DNA of 64,000 nucleotides from assembly GCA_943788915.1 (NCBI GenBank), contig CALSSD010000005.1, forward strand, positions 496,001 to 560,000, in the 5' to 3' direction. Below the pieces are notes generated by a model. The model searched no databases. It was not told the origin of the DNA and saw nothing but the letters and a program-made list of their open reading frames with translations. Position numbers and translations under genes: made by a program. Of the stretch, positions 30,084 to 39,870 are shown piece by piece (positions within the stretch are counted from its first letter, which is position 1; each line of letters begins with the position of its first letter). Origin of the DNA: an uncultured Acidimicrobiales bacterium (GTDB taxonomy: Bacteria > Actinomycetota > Acidimicrobiia > Acidimicrobiales > UBA10347).

Positions 30084-30796
30084 GACGTGTGCAACATTCC
30101 GTCGACGATGCGCACTTGACGTTGCGCCCGGCGAGACACATCGAGGTCATGGGTGATCACGGCAAGGGTCAACCCGCCGTGATGGAGATCATCGAAGACC
30201 TCCATAATCTCGCCCGACATCTCGGTATCGAGGTTTCCCGTGGGTTCGTCAGCGAGCAACAAACTCGGTTCGGTCACCAGCGCTCGAGCGACCGCTACTC
30301 GCTGACGTTCGCCACCCGACAATGTCTTGGGTGTAAACGACAACCGGTGACTGAGCCCTACACGCTCAAGCGCGTTCTCGGCCCGTTGGCGCCTTTCCTT
30401 GCGGGGCATGCGGTTGTAGATCTGGGCGAGCTCCACATTCTCGAGCACCGATCGATGACTGAGCAGGTGGAACGACTGAAAGACAAACCCGATTCGGCTG
30501 CCGCGCAAACCAGCTCGTGCGTTGTCTCCCAACTCGCCGGTGTCGATGCCGTCAAGGAAGTACTTGCCCGTAGTTGGTTTGTCGAGCAGACCTAAGAGAT
30601 GCAGCAGCGTTGATTTTCCCGAGCCCGACGGCCCGATGATCGAGACATACTCGCCCTGATCAATCGTCAGGTTCGAGGGCTTAAAGGCCTCGACCGGTGG
30701 TGGTCCAGGGAAGGTGCGTCCGACCTCGCGCAGCTCGATGACGGGTGGCCCGATCGGCGGTTTGGCCACCATGTCCTGTTCGAGATCGACCGACAT
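30080..30796 (-). CDS. ABC transporter ATP-binding protein (MacB/LolD family)
   Basis: GPSGSGKS, LSGGERQR, LLADEPTGNLD, ITHD. Confidence 0.96.
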   Translation of the reverse strand: MSVDLEQDMVAKPPIGPPVIELREVGRTFPGPPPVEAFKPSNLTIDQGEYVSIIGPSGSGKSTLLHLLGLLDKPTTGKYFLDGIDTGELGDNARAGLRGSRIGFVFQSFHLLSHRSVLENVELAQIYNRMPRKERRQRAENALERVGLSHRLSFTPKTLSGGERQRVAVARALVTEPSLLLADEPTGNLDTEMSGEIMEVFDDLHHGGLTLAVITHDLDVSRRAQRQVRIVDGMLHTS

Positions 30797-30798
30797 GG

Positions 30799-32451
30799 TC
30801 AGCTCCCGCCCTCGTCGGCAACCGCTGCTGGCGCTGGCTGTTCGATACCGATGACCACAAGATCACCGGCCTGGAGATTGCCACCAATCGGGATGACCTC
30901 GACCAGCGAACGATTCTTGTCCTGTAGCCCGACCTCGACCGGCACCAGGTCGGTGCTGCCGTCGGCACGTTCAACTTCGACTCGCGACGAACCATCGGCG
31001 CCAGCAGATAACGCAGCCAACGGCACAGCAAGCACCTCGCCTTCGCTGCGCTCAAGTGGGATCTGCAGCCGGAAGTTCACACCGACCAGTTCGGACACGT
31101 TGTACTCGCCTGTTGGGGTAACCAGCATGTAGTAACGGGTATCGGCCACACCATTGGTGCCTTTGCGGTCGGCTAGCTCAGTAATCTCACCTTCGACTTC
31201 GATATCGAGCTGTTCACTATCAATCAGCACCCGTTGACCGACCTCGAGCAGTGGCCGGTTGGATTCAGACACACCGGTTGTTATGCGAACCCTGGTACCG
31301 CTGATGCGCATGACCGAACCGTTCACGAAGTCACCCCGTTCGACGTCGATCGACGTCACCGTGCGTGGCAGGTTGGGTAGGAAAACGACCTCGGCAACCG
31401 GGAAGGTCACACCGATCTCTTCTTCGAGCTCAGCGAGATCGGCCTCGGCGTCTTCAAGACGTTCCTGGGCGTCAGACACGCCCTGCTGCGCGCTGGATGT
31501 GTCGACCCCGTCACTGTCCTCGGCGGCGCTGATCGCGTCGGCATCAGCCAATGCCTTGCGGGCCGTATCGAGTTGTTCTTGGGCTGCGTCGACCCGTGCT
31601 TGTTCTGCGTCCTGGGCCGCCATCACGGCCTGGTTTGCTTGGTCGACACCCTCGTCTGCGAGTTCGGCTCGTTGTACGGCATCGATTGCCTGCAATAGCG
31701 AGTTAGAAGGCCGATCGGCGTTCGCTTCATCCAGCGTTTCTTGGGCTCGTACGATCTGGTCGAGCAACTTTTGGCGGGCCTGGGCGTCGCGAGTCTGCTG
31801 GACAAGTGACGGCGGCTTCAGCAGATCAGACAACCTGTCGTTCGCATTCGCGAGTGTCGTGCGAGCAGATTCAACCGCTTGTTCGGCCGCCTTGATTTGG
31901 GCTTGCTCGCCCTCGTTTTCCCCCCGAGGTTCGTACCCGGCTTCCTCGTACATGGCCTCGATGGCATCTTCGGTCGCAGAGCCGTACAAACGGTCTGGTT
32001 GGACCGCAAGGAAACCCAGGCGCGCGAGTGATACCTCGAGCTGCAACACATCGTCGCCTTCGAGGCCAGGCTTGAACTCACGGAACGTTGGCAAATCGCC
32101 CTCGAGCACAAAGACCGGACGACCACTTACCTCGATGATGACATCACCCTCGTTGACCTCGGTATCGATCTCGGGGACCCGCCCGGTCACTACCCGAGCG
32201 GAGCCGTCTCCTAAGGCTGAGTCGAGTTCCAGATCAAGAGCGCCTTCGAACTCGGCGTCGCCCCTGACGACGACATCGTTCGATAGTGCCGTCGCCTCGA
32301 CTGGCACCGCAATCAGCGATGCCTCGGGTGCGGCGACCACAGCCCGTGCGTCCTCGGGCGATTCAAGTTGCTGGCCGAGCACGTAGCCACCGACGCCAAA
32401 GGCCACAGCTACGGCAACCACTGCCAGAAAGAGTCGTTTACGGCTTGTCAT
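30799..32451 (-). CDS. MacA-like adaptor protein with peptidoglycan-binding domain and long coiled coil
   Basis: N-terminal TM, GRPVFVLEG..P..R, GDDVLQLE..L..LG...D..YG..TE.AI (PG_binding_1-like), VLAVP.AAL, VEVG. RBS GGAGGA. Confidence 0.85.
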   Translation of the reverse strand: MTSRKRLFLAVVAVAVAFGVGGYVLGQQLESPEDARAVVAAPEASLIAVPVEATALSNDVVVRGDAEFEGALDLELDSALGDGSARVVTGRVPEIDTEVNEGDVIIEVSGRPVFVLEGDLPTFREFKPGLEGDDVLQLEVSLARLGFLAVQPDRLYGSATEDAIEAMYEEAGYEPRGENEGEQAQIKAAEQAVESARTTLANANDRLSDLLKPPSLVQQTRDAQARQKLLDQIVRAQETLDEANADRPSNSLLQAIDAVQRAELADEGVDQANQAVMAAQDAEQARVDAAQEQLDTARKALADADAISAAEDSDGVDTSSAQQGVSDAQERLEDAEADLAELEEEIGVTFPVAEVVFLPNLPRTVTSIDVERGDFVNGSVMRISGTRVRITTGVSESNRPLLEVGQRVLIDSEQLDIEVEGEITELADRKGTNGVADTRYYMLVTPTGEYNVSELVGVNFRLQIPLERSEGEVLAVPLAALSAGADGSSRVEVERADGSTDLVPVEVGLQDKNRSLVEVIPIGGNLQAGDLVVIGIEQPAPAAVADEGGS

Positions 32452-32663
32452 CTGTCCTCCATGGAGCGCATAACAATGACGGGGGAAAGTAAGGACTGGG
32501 TGAGAGTTGTCGAAACAGCTGGTGTGGATCGACAACCACCAGTAGAGCTACATACTGGCCCATGTGCGGAACGGGTCGACAGAAGATGGGACCAAGGCTC
32601 TCAGCAAACCTGGCGAACGACTACAGAGTTCACTGGTCGTCCCGACGGGAGCGAGATGGAACA

Positions 32664-33638
32664 TCATGATGGCGATTGCAGCTCCGCGATGCGGAACCGG
32701 TTGTCGTCGAGAAACTCTCGTTCATAGTCGGATCGCAACTGCGCGAGTTCGTCGGCAAACCCGAGCCGGCAGTCGAACCCAGCTACGGCAACGTCCCGCT
32801 CAAACGCAGCAAGGGCAGCAAGGGCATCGAGGGCATCGGGTGAGGCGACCTGGGTCACACCATTGGTCGCAACAAGTTCGATGTCGAGTAGCCGCGCATA
32901 GACATCATCGCTCAGCGCGGCTTCGTTCACGTAGGAGTAACCAGCGGTGTTCATGCATGCCGACCAGTCTTGTTGAAAGCGAATGACTCGGGGGTCGGCA
33001 TTCAGGCGTGAGTTCAGCGAAGACAGTTCGGGAGCGAAGGCATCGATCAGGGCTACGGACGCAACGATGTCGTTGTACGATTGCTCCCAACAACCTGGGG
33101 CCGGCTCGATCGATGTGTTGGTCGGTGCACGTAGATCGCCCACGAGTGCCCGGTCGTAATCCACCTGTTGTTCGGGGGTGAGCGATGCCACGTAGTCGAG
33201 GTTTGTTGCCACAGCGTCTGCGGTTTCCCGTGCAGCCTCAGAGACCACAGCATCAATGAACGACACCGTGATGCCTAAGCCATTGATCTGCGTCCAGGCA
33301 CGAGAGCCGTCACCCACAAATGCGCCTGACCGGAATGCTTCTTCGGCCGGACGGACTGCATACAAGAAGCCTGCCTGCTCCATGCACTGCAGCATGGCTT
33401 CATCGGCCAAACGTTGCCGCGAGATCAGCTGATAACGGCGCCGCTCCGGCTCACTCGCAAATCCGAGCTCAACTTCGAGCGGGAAGGCGACGGCCGTCTC
33501 GACGCCGAGGTCACTGGTTGCCTCGATCGGGTTGAAGGTCTCGGGCGCAGCGTCTGACCCGCACGCCGTCAAAAGGACGGCCACCACAATCGACGCGACG
33601 AAGTACCGAACCATCTCGCGAGCGTACGTCACCCCCAT
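32664..33638 (-). CDS. Cys-containing lipoprotein of unknown function (paralog of 27554-28684)
   Basis: Lipobox LLTAC; Cys in QCMEQAG, GCW, WSACMNTAG and DC. Start may be 33614. Confidence 0.75.
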   Translation of the reverse strand: MGVTYAREMVRYFVASIVVAVLLTACGSDAAPETFNPIEATSDLGVETAVAFPLEVELGFASEPERRRYQLISRQRLADEAMLQCMEQAGFLYAVRPAEEAFRSGAFVGDGSRAWTQINGLGITVSFIDAVVSEAARETADAVATNLDYVASLTPEQQVDYDRALVGDLRAPTNTSIEPAPGCWEQSYNDIVASVALIDAFAPELSSLNSRLNADPRVIRFQQDWSACMNTAGYSYVNEAALSDDVYARLLDIELVATNGVTQVASPDALDALAALAAFERDVAVAGFDCRLGFADELAQLRSDYEREFLDDNRFRIAELQSPS

Positions 33639-33688
33639 GACACGATCGGGGCATCGTCCCCTCGGACTCAGCTACACACCAAGGCCAG

Positions 33689-34591
33689 CTAGGCGACTTG
33701 CCATCGACCGGGTTCCACTTCGACCGCCTCGCCCCGCTCGTGCATCCGTGCAATATGGAGCGACGCGGTGCGGTGTTCTACCGAATCGGCGAACACATGC
33801 TCGACGTGGGGGCGATAGACGAAACGATGCGCCATCATGTCGTCGATCGTGCGAGGTTCGACTAGGAAATCGAGCATCGCTGAGTGCCGCCGGTCGATGA
33901 TCGCGTGGAACGCATCGATCCGTTCGACAAACTCGTCTCGGCCCTCGATGATTCCCTTGTGGTGAAACGTCACATACCAATCGGCCTCTTCATCACGGAT
34001 CAGGCGCAGGCTCTCATCAAAGTCTTCGAGGCTTGACCACACGTCGCCGTAGTACGGGCCGAAGCCGGTTAGATCGATGTCGGAGAGGAAGAACACACCA
34101 CCATCGATGCGGAAACCGCTGTGGCCTCGGGTGTGACCCGGCAGGTGCACCGCCTCGACATTGACGCCACCCAGATCAAACACATGTCCATCGGAGAACC
34201 CGTGGGCATCAGGTCGTGGGGTGTAGTGGAACTCATCGAGTACCTGCTGGCCGAAGTCGGCCCGGGTTTGACCCTCGAGTCCGTAGACGTCCATGAGTCC
34301 GTCGAGGCTCACAGCACCAAGCAAGTCATCGTGATGAATGTGGATCCGGGCGTCGGAGAACAACCCATTACCAGCCAGGTGGTCTTCATGCGCATGGCTG
34401 TTCACCACCGCGTCGATCGGAACGCCCGCACCACCACGTTCAACGACGGTGACCGACGGATCGATAATGATCGTCTCCCCCGCTCCTTGAACGACCACCG
34501 AATTCCCGGACGGGTAGGCCCCATTGTCTGGACCGACCAGAACGGTTACCCGATCGGTGAGCTTTCTGGCGTCTTCATTCCACGAAGTCAT
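33689..34591 (-). CDS. MBL-fold metallo-hydrolase
   Basis: SHAHEDH, PGHTRGH, SDID, FHH. Confidence 0.9.
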   Translation of the reverse strand: MTSWNEDARKLTDRVTVLVGPDNGAYPSGNSVVVQGAGETIIIDPSVTVVERGGAGVPIDAVVNSHAHEDHLAGNGLFSDARIHIHHDDLLGAVSLDGLMDVYGLEGQTRADFGQQVLDEFHYTPRPDAHGFSDGHVFDLGGVNVEAVHLPGHTRGHSGFRIDGGVFFLSDIDLTGFGPYYGDVWSSLEDFDESLRLIRDEEADWYVTFHHKGIIEGRDEFVERIDAFHAIIDRRHSAMLDFLVEPRTIDDMMAHRFVYRPHVEHVFADSVEHRTASLHIARMHERGEAVEVEPGRWQVA

Positions 34592-34638
34592 CAGCTCGAC
34601 GCTACTTGGATCTGGGCCATCAGCAGTAGCGTGGCGTC

Positions 34639-35088
34639 GTGGATGACATCGAGCTCATGAACCAAGCGCTGGCCGAAGCTCGGCTCGCACTCGCACACGA
34701 CGACGTGCCGGTTGGCGCTGTCGTCGTCGTCGACGGCCAGGTCGTAGCGGCTGCGCACAACGAACGCGAACTTCGGGGCGACCCCACAGCGCATGCAGAG
34801 GTGCTGGCATTACGAGCAGCAGCCGAGGCCGTGGGTAACTCTCGCCTCGATGGAGCCACACTGGTGTCCACTCTGGAACCATGCCCGATGTGTGCCGGCG
34901 CAGCCTTGATGGCTCGAGTCGATCGGGTGGTCTTCGGTGCCGAAGACCCCAAAGCTGGTTCGGTCGGGTCGTTGTACAACTTCGGCGCTGATCCCCGCCT
35001 GAACCACGAGTTCGAGGTCACGGCACGCGTCCTGCAGGACGAATGCGGCGCGCTACTCACCGACTTCTTCGCAGCAAAACGCGGCTGA
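34639..35088 (+). CDS. tadA: tRNA adenosine(34) deaminase
   Basis: DVPVGAVVV, DPTAHAE, TLEPCPMCAGA, DPKAG, LNH, L..FF..KR. Confidence 0.93.
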   Translation: MDDIELMNQALAEARLALAHDDVPVGAVVVVDGQVVAAAHNERELRGDPTAHAEVLALRAAAEAVGNSRLDGATLVSTLEPCPMCAGAALMARVDRVVFGAEDPKAGSVGSLYNFGADPRLNHEFEVTARVLQDECGALLTDFFAAKRG

Positions 35089-35118
35089 CGCCAGCGTCGA
35101 CTGCAGACGTTTGGCCGG

Positions 35119-35742
35119 CTACGGGAACACCGACTTCACGTAGACAACGACCGACGCGATCTCTTCGGCACTGAGTCGGTCGGCAAACCCGAAGGTCACG
35201 GGGTGCCCGGTTGTGAGTTCGGCCACCATGCCAGCCCTTGAGTACTGGGACCCGACACCGATCAATCCGGCGTTGTACGGCTGTGTGCCGAGCCCGTTCT
35301 CCGCATGGCACCGGGCGCACTTCAGGGTGTAGACCTCGGCGCCGTTTGCGGCCAGCACTTGCTGCGAGTCGGTGATCGGCGTCGTCGTCGCCGGCACCGC
35401 GGTGGCAGGTGGTTGCGGTGATGGAACAGCCGTGGCCGGAGAACCCGCGGCTGCCACCGGCGGAGGTACCACGGTCGCGACAGCCGTCGATTCGGGTGCG
35501 AGAGCAACGGCAGTCGGCGACGCCGGCACTTGCTCAACGATGAGCGCTGTCGGCGACGGCACCGGTTCAACGACAATCGCCGTAGTCGGCACCGCTGACG
35601 CCTCCACCACGGCTGCTGCAACCACGCCATCAGCCAACGGATCGCCTGTCTGACCGGTTGCGTCGCGGGAACAGCCCCCGACCAAAACGAGAAACATCGC
35701 GCCGACAACGAAACGTTGCCCGGCGCGATGCCACATGTTCAA
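35119..35742 (-). CDS. Lipoprotein c-type cytochrome with a Pro/Ala/Thr-rich tether
   Basis: Lipobox VGGC, low-complexity linker, GAEVY..KCARCH, LSAEEI..VV.YV. Confidence 0.85.
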   Translation of the reverse strand: MNMWHRAGQRFVVGAMFLVLVGGCSRDATGQTGDPLADGVVAAAVVEASAVPTTAIVVEPVPSPTALIVEQVPASPTAVALAPESTAVATVVPPPVAAAGSPATAVPSPQPPATAVPATTTPITDSQQVLAANGAEVYTLKCARCHAENGLGTQPYNAGLIGVGSQYSRAGMVAELTTGHPVTFGFADRLSAEEIASVVVYVKSVFP

Positions 35743-35756
35743 CTCGTTTTCGTTCG

Positions 35757-37304
35757 TCAGCTGCGGTCGCGAAGTTCGCGGCGCAAGATCTTGCCCGCTG
35801 CTGACTTGGGTACTTCGTCGATGAACTCGACGATACGGATCTTCTTGTAGCTCGCGACCTGGCTGGCGACAAATTCCATGATCTCGTCGGCCGACAATTC
35901 AGCACCGGGAGCGAGCGTGATGAACGCCTTAGGGATCTCGCCGGCTTCGTCATCCTGAATGCCGATTACGGCTGCGTCTCCAATACCTGGGTGGGTGAGC
36001 AGCAGGCCTTCGAGTTCAGCTGGCGGCACCTGGAAACCCTTGTACTTAATGAGTTCCTTCAGTCGGTCAACGATGAACACGTACCCGTCTTCATCAAAGT
36101 GAGCAACGTCGCCGGAGTGCAACCAGCCATCGGCATCGATGGTTTCGGCGGTGGCCTTGTCGTTGTTCAGGTAACCCTTCATGACCTGTGGACCGCGCAC
36201 CCACAGCTCACCATCGCTGCCGACATCGCAGTCGTTACCTTCGAGATCGACAATGCGGCACTCGGTGTTCGAGACGGTCACGCCAGAGGCACCAGCCTTG
36301 TTCTCGAAACCGGGAGATGCGTGCGATACCGGTGAGAGTTCGGTCATGCCGAAACCTTGCACGACTGCACAACCGAGGCGGGCGGCACACTCGGCGCCAA
36401 GTTCAGCCGACAGAGGAGCAGCACCAGAAAAGACCACCTTGACCGAACTGAGGTCGTACTGGTCAACGAGGGGGTGTTTGGCCAGCCCAAGAACGATCGG
36501 AGGTACGGCGAAGAACCACGAGACCTTTCGTTCCTGCGTGATCGAGAGTGCCTGTTCCAAATCGAAGCGAGGCATAGTGACGATCGTGACACCATTTGCG
36601 AGCAGGCCGTTCATGAGCACCTGCATGCCATAGATATGGAAGAACGGCAGCGCTGCCAAAGCAACGTCGCCTTCATCGAGCAGCAGCACATGTTCCATTT
36701 GTGCGATGTTTGCCGTGAGGTTGCCGTGGGTGAGCATGACGCCCTTACTGCGGCCCGTGGTGCCAGATGAGTAGGGCAGCACAACAACATCGTCGTTCGT
36801 GACCGGCACCTGCTCGGTAAGCGGCGGGCTGGTCATCAGATCCATCATCGACGGCACACCTTCGACCGGGTCGATGGTCATGACCTCGGTGACGTCGGTT
36901 CCTTCGATCGCCTCGATCGCAACGTCGAGAAACAGGGAAACCGTGACCAACATCGTCGCGCCAGAATCCTGCAGCTGATGTCTGATCTCGCCCGCGGTAT
37001 AGGTCGGGTTAATAGTGGTGACGATGCCACCGGCATAAGCAACACCGTGGAAGAGCAGCGCATACTCGGGGATGTTTGGGGCCATGAGCCCAAGCGTGTC
37101 GCCCTTGCCGAAGCCCCGTGCCGCAAGTCCACCAGCAAGCGTCTGGATACCAGTACGAAGCTGACCAAACGTCATTTCGCGGTCAGAGGGGCCATCGATG
37201 ATCGCCGGTTTGTCGGCCAGCGCATCAGCATGACGCAGTGTGTAGTCAGTGATCGAGACGCCAACTGGGATCTCGACATCTGGCAGATTTGACGTGTAGA
37301 TCAT
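35757..37304 (-). CDS. 4-coumarate--CoA ligase-like acyl-CoA synthetase
   Basis: YSSGTTGRSKG, QGFGMTE, GELWVRGPQVMKGY, DRLKELIKYKGFQVPPAELE, PKSAAGKILR. Confidence 0.93.
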   Translation of the reverse strand: MIYTSNLPDVEIPVGVSITDYTLRHADALADKPAIIDGPSDREMTFGQLRTGIQTLAGGLAARGFGKGDTLGLMAPNIPEYALLFHGVAYAGGIVTTINPTYTAGEIRHQLQDSGATMLVTVSLFLDVAIEAIEGTDVTEVMTIDPVEGVPSMMDLMTSPPLTEQVPVTNDDVVVLPYSSGTTGRSKGVMLTHGNLTANIAQMEHVLLLDEGDVALAALPFFHIYGMQVLMNGLLANGVTIVTMPRFDLEQALSITQERKVSWFFAVPPIVLGLAKHPLVDQYDLSSVKVVFSGAAPLSAELGAECAARLGCAVVQGFGMTELSPVSHASPGFENKAGASGVTVSNTECRIVDLEGNDCDVGSDGELWVRGPQVMKGYLNNDKATAETIDADGWLHSGDVAHFDEDGYVFIVDRLKELIKYKGFQVPPAELEGLLLTHPGIGDAAVIGIQDDEAGEIPKAFITLAPGAELSADEIMEFVASQVASYKKIRIVEFIDEVPKSAAGKILRRELRDRS

Positions 37305-37372
37305 GGATCTCCGCAGGCATTAGTGGTTTACCCAACTGACGTTACCGACCCCTCTTCTGTTCTACTGAGGGG

Positions 37373-38377
37373 ATGGCACTTGATTCCCACGTAACGCCGC
37401 TTCCTCCGAAGGGCCTTTTCTACGACGACATGCACGTTGGCTTGCGATTCCCTTCACCTTCGGGTGTGTTGTTGGATGCAGGCTTGGCATCGCTCTACAC
37501 CGCTCTTAGTGGCGACGGCCTCGCTCTGACCCAGGATCTTGAGTTGTGCCGGTCAGTCACCGGACAAGACACACTGTTGGTCAACCCCGCGCTCGTTCTT
37601 CACGTTTCGATTGGGGCCAGCACGGTTGCCACCCGCAACGTGATCGGCAACCTCTTCTATCGCAACGTCCTGTTGGCCCAACAGGTGCATCAGGGCATCA
37701 CGCTGCGAACGGTCACCGGTGTCCTCGCTCTTGCGGATTCACGGCCGAAACCAGGTTCGGCACCCCGAGGAAAGGCCCTGCTGGGCATCCAGACACGAAC
37801 TGCCGACGGCCAGATCGTTGTCGACTATGAACGATGCCCGCTCTTGCCGTGCAAGGGCGAAGATGCACCTGGCAATACCGATGAGATCGGAGCAGCAGCT
37901 CCTGATTTGGACCTTACACACTTCACCGCCGCGGTGCCGAGCAACTGGCAACTTGGCGCACTCGGTGACCATGACGAGTGGGCGGTTGGCAACGTGCGCT
38001 CGGACTACCAGCGCGACATGGTGGATATGGCAACAGCGTTGGTACGGATCACCCACAACCAGGCAGCAGTGCACCGCGACGTGGATGCGTCGAGTTACCC
38101 GGGGCGACTCGTGTACGGCGGACATACCGTTGCGCTGGCACAAGCGTCGCTGAACCGAGTGCTTACCGGTCTCGCCACCGTGGTGGGTTGGCACTCCTGC
38201 AACCACACCGCACCAGTATTCGAGGAAGACATTCTGTCGTGCAGCCACACGCTCGTTGACCAGGTCCAGGTCGCTGATGGTTGGTGCCGAGCAATCCATA
38301 TCGAGGTCATGGCCCACCGGCCCGACACGGAACCGGTCAAGGTCTTGGACTGGACCCCGATCGTCTATACAACCTGA
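37373..38377 (+). CDS. Double hot-dog MaoC-family dehydratase (mesaconyl/2-methylfumaryl-CoA hydratase-like)
   Basis: GLFYDD, IGASTVAT..VIGNLFY, NQAAVH.D, RLVYGGH, HTAPVFEED. Confidence 0.8.
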   Translation: MALDSHVTPLPPKGLFYDDMHVGLRFPSPSGVLLDAGLASLYTALSGDGLALTQDLELCRSVTGQDTLLVNPALVLHVSIGASTVATRNVIGNLFYRNVLLAQQVHQGITLRTVTGVLALADSRPKPGSAPRGKALLGIQTRTADGQIVVDYERCPLLPCKGEDAPGNTDEIGAAAPDLDLTHFTAAVPSNWQLGALGDHDEWAVGNVRSDYQRDMVDMATALVRITHNQAAVHRDVDASSYPGRLVYGGHTVALAQASLNRVLTGLATVVGWHSCNHTAPVFEEDILSCSHTLVDQVQVADGWCRAIHIEVMAHRPDTEPVKVLDWTPIVYTT

Positions 38378-38583
38378 TCTGGTCGCGCTGGCTGACGAGC
38401 GTTACCGTCCTGATTCCGTGCTGTCATGCCAAGAAGCTGACGTCTGACCAGATCGAGCCGTCCGGACACGTACTGACGTCGAAGTTCGCTCCGACCAACG
38501 ACGCTCTGCCTACACCGCCCGAGGTGCAGCGCAACAATCAACCCCTGTTGAAGCCAGGGAATGCCACGAGACCTAGGCGCTCG

Positions 38584-39813
38584 TTATTGGTTCACGAGTG
38601 CGGTGGTGATAACCGTCTCGTCGCGGAGTGACCGGTGTACGGGGCACCTGTCTGCAATCTCACGTAGCTTCGCCCTTTGTTCGACATCGAGTGGCCCATC
38701 GAACACGAGTTCCCGCTCTATGACATCGACTTTGCCAGTCTCTGATTCGCAGGCCGCACAGTCATCGGCGTGCACCTTGGCGTGTGTTAGCCGCACCGCC
38801 ACGTGTTCGAGCGGCCACTTCTTTCGGTCCGCATACATGCGCACCGTCATACTCGTGCAAGCGCCAAGTGCTGCCAACAACAGGTCGTAGGGAGCCGGAC
38901 CGGTGTCGTCACCAATGCCGAGTGGTTCATCGGCCAGAAGCGCATGGCGATTGGCGACACGTATCACTTGTGTGAACGTGCCAGTGCCTCGTTCGGAGAC
39001 GACGACTTCACCTTCGGCGGCAGCCACGATCACGTCGTCGCTCGCAGCCGGATGATCGGGTACATACCGATCAGCCCACGTCGCCAGTAGATCAGCAGCG
39101 TGTTCGGCCTGTGCCGGTTCGCTCATCAGATGATCTGCTCCGTCGAGAGCAACGAAACTCTTCGGGTACGACGCATGCGAAAAGATCTGCTCGGCATTGT
39201 CAATCGAGACGATTGTGTCCTCGGGGGCATGCATGATCAGAATCGGAATCTCAAGGGCTGCGAGCGCTTCATCGAGTCGTGCGCCTGCGATGTCATCCAG
39301 GAACTGCTGCTTCACCGTAAAGGTACGACCCGCGATCAATACGTCTGCTTGGCCGTGTTCTTCGATGTCATCGAGGGCACATGAGAACAAGTGCGCAACA
39401 TGCCCAGGGTCTGAAGGTGCCCCAATGGTCGCGACTGCTGTCAGTTCTGGAATCTTGGGCGCAGCTGCCAACACCGCTGCCCCTCCCAAGCTGTGTCCAA
39501 TGAGAAGTGATGGCGCCGCATAGGTCTGACGCAACCAGTCAGCGGCTGCCAATACATCAGCGACGTTCGACGAAAAGTTGGTGTCAGCGAAGTCACCATC
39601 GGAATTCCCAAGGCCGGTGAAATCGAATCGCATCACCGCAAAACCCTGATCGGTCAACCGAGATGTAAGCCGTCGAGCCGACTTCAGGTCTTTGCCACAC
39701 GAGAAGCAGTGGGCGAACAACGCTACGGCCCGAGGTGGCCCTGGTGGTAGATCCAAATGGGCAGAAAGCTCCTGTCCAGCAGATCCCAAAAAGGTCGTCT
39801 TCTCAGTCTTCAT
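38584..39813 (-). CDS. Bifunctional alpha/beta hydrolase - OsmC family protein
   Basis: FAHCFSCGKD, GHSLGG, DGADHL; OsmC part ADEP..G...GP.PYDLL..ALGAC ... CPVHRSL. Confidence 0.92.
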   Translation of the reverse strand: MKTEKTTFLGSAGQELSAHLDLPPGPPRAVALFAHCFSCGKDLKSARRLTSRLTDQGFAVMRFDFTGLGNSDGDFADTNFSSNVADVLAAADWLRQTYAAPSLLIGHSLGGAAVLAAAPKIPELTAVATIGAPSDPGHVAHLFSCALDDIEEHGQADVLIAGRTFTVKQQFLDDIAGARLDEALAALEIPILIMHAPEDTIVSIDNAEQIFSHASYPKSFVALDGADHLMSEPAQAEHAADLLATWADRYVPDHPAASDDVIVAAAEGEVVVSERGTGTFTQVIRVANRHALLADEPLGIGDDTGPAPYDLLLAALGACTSMTVRMYADRKKWPLEHVAVRLTHAKVHADDCAACESETGKVDVIERELVFDGPLDVEQRAKLREIADRCPVHRSLRDETVITTALVNQ

Positions 39814-39870
39814 GTATCTCCAAACCCGGTTACGCCGATCACCCTTCCATAGATCGGGAATACTTGGTGG

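Noticed and set aside
35088..35120. tRNA gene following tadA
   Set aside because: The gap is about 30 bp, with no cloverleaf or T-loop.
38376..38455. GATCTGGTC...GACCAGATC inverted repeat as a MITE
   Set aside because: Arms are only about 9 bp, with no target-site duplication and no second copy in the window. At most a REP-like or terminator hairpin between convergent genes.
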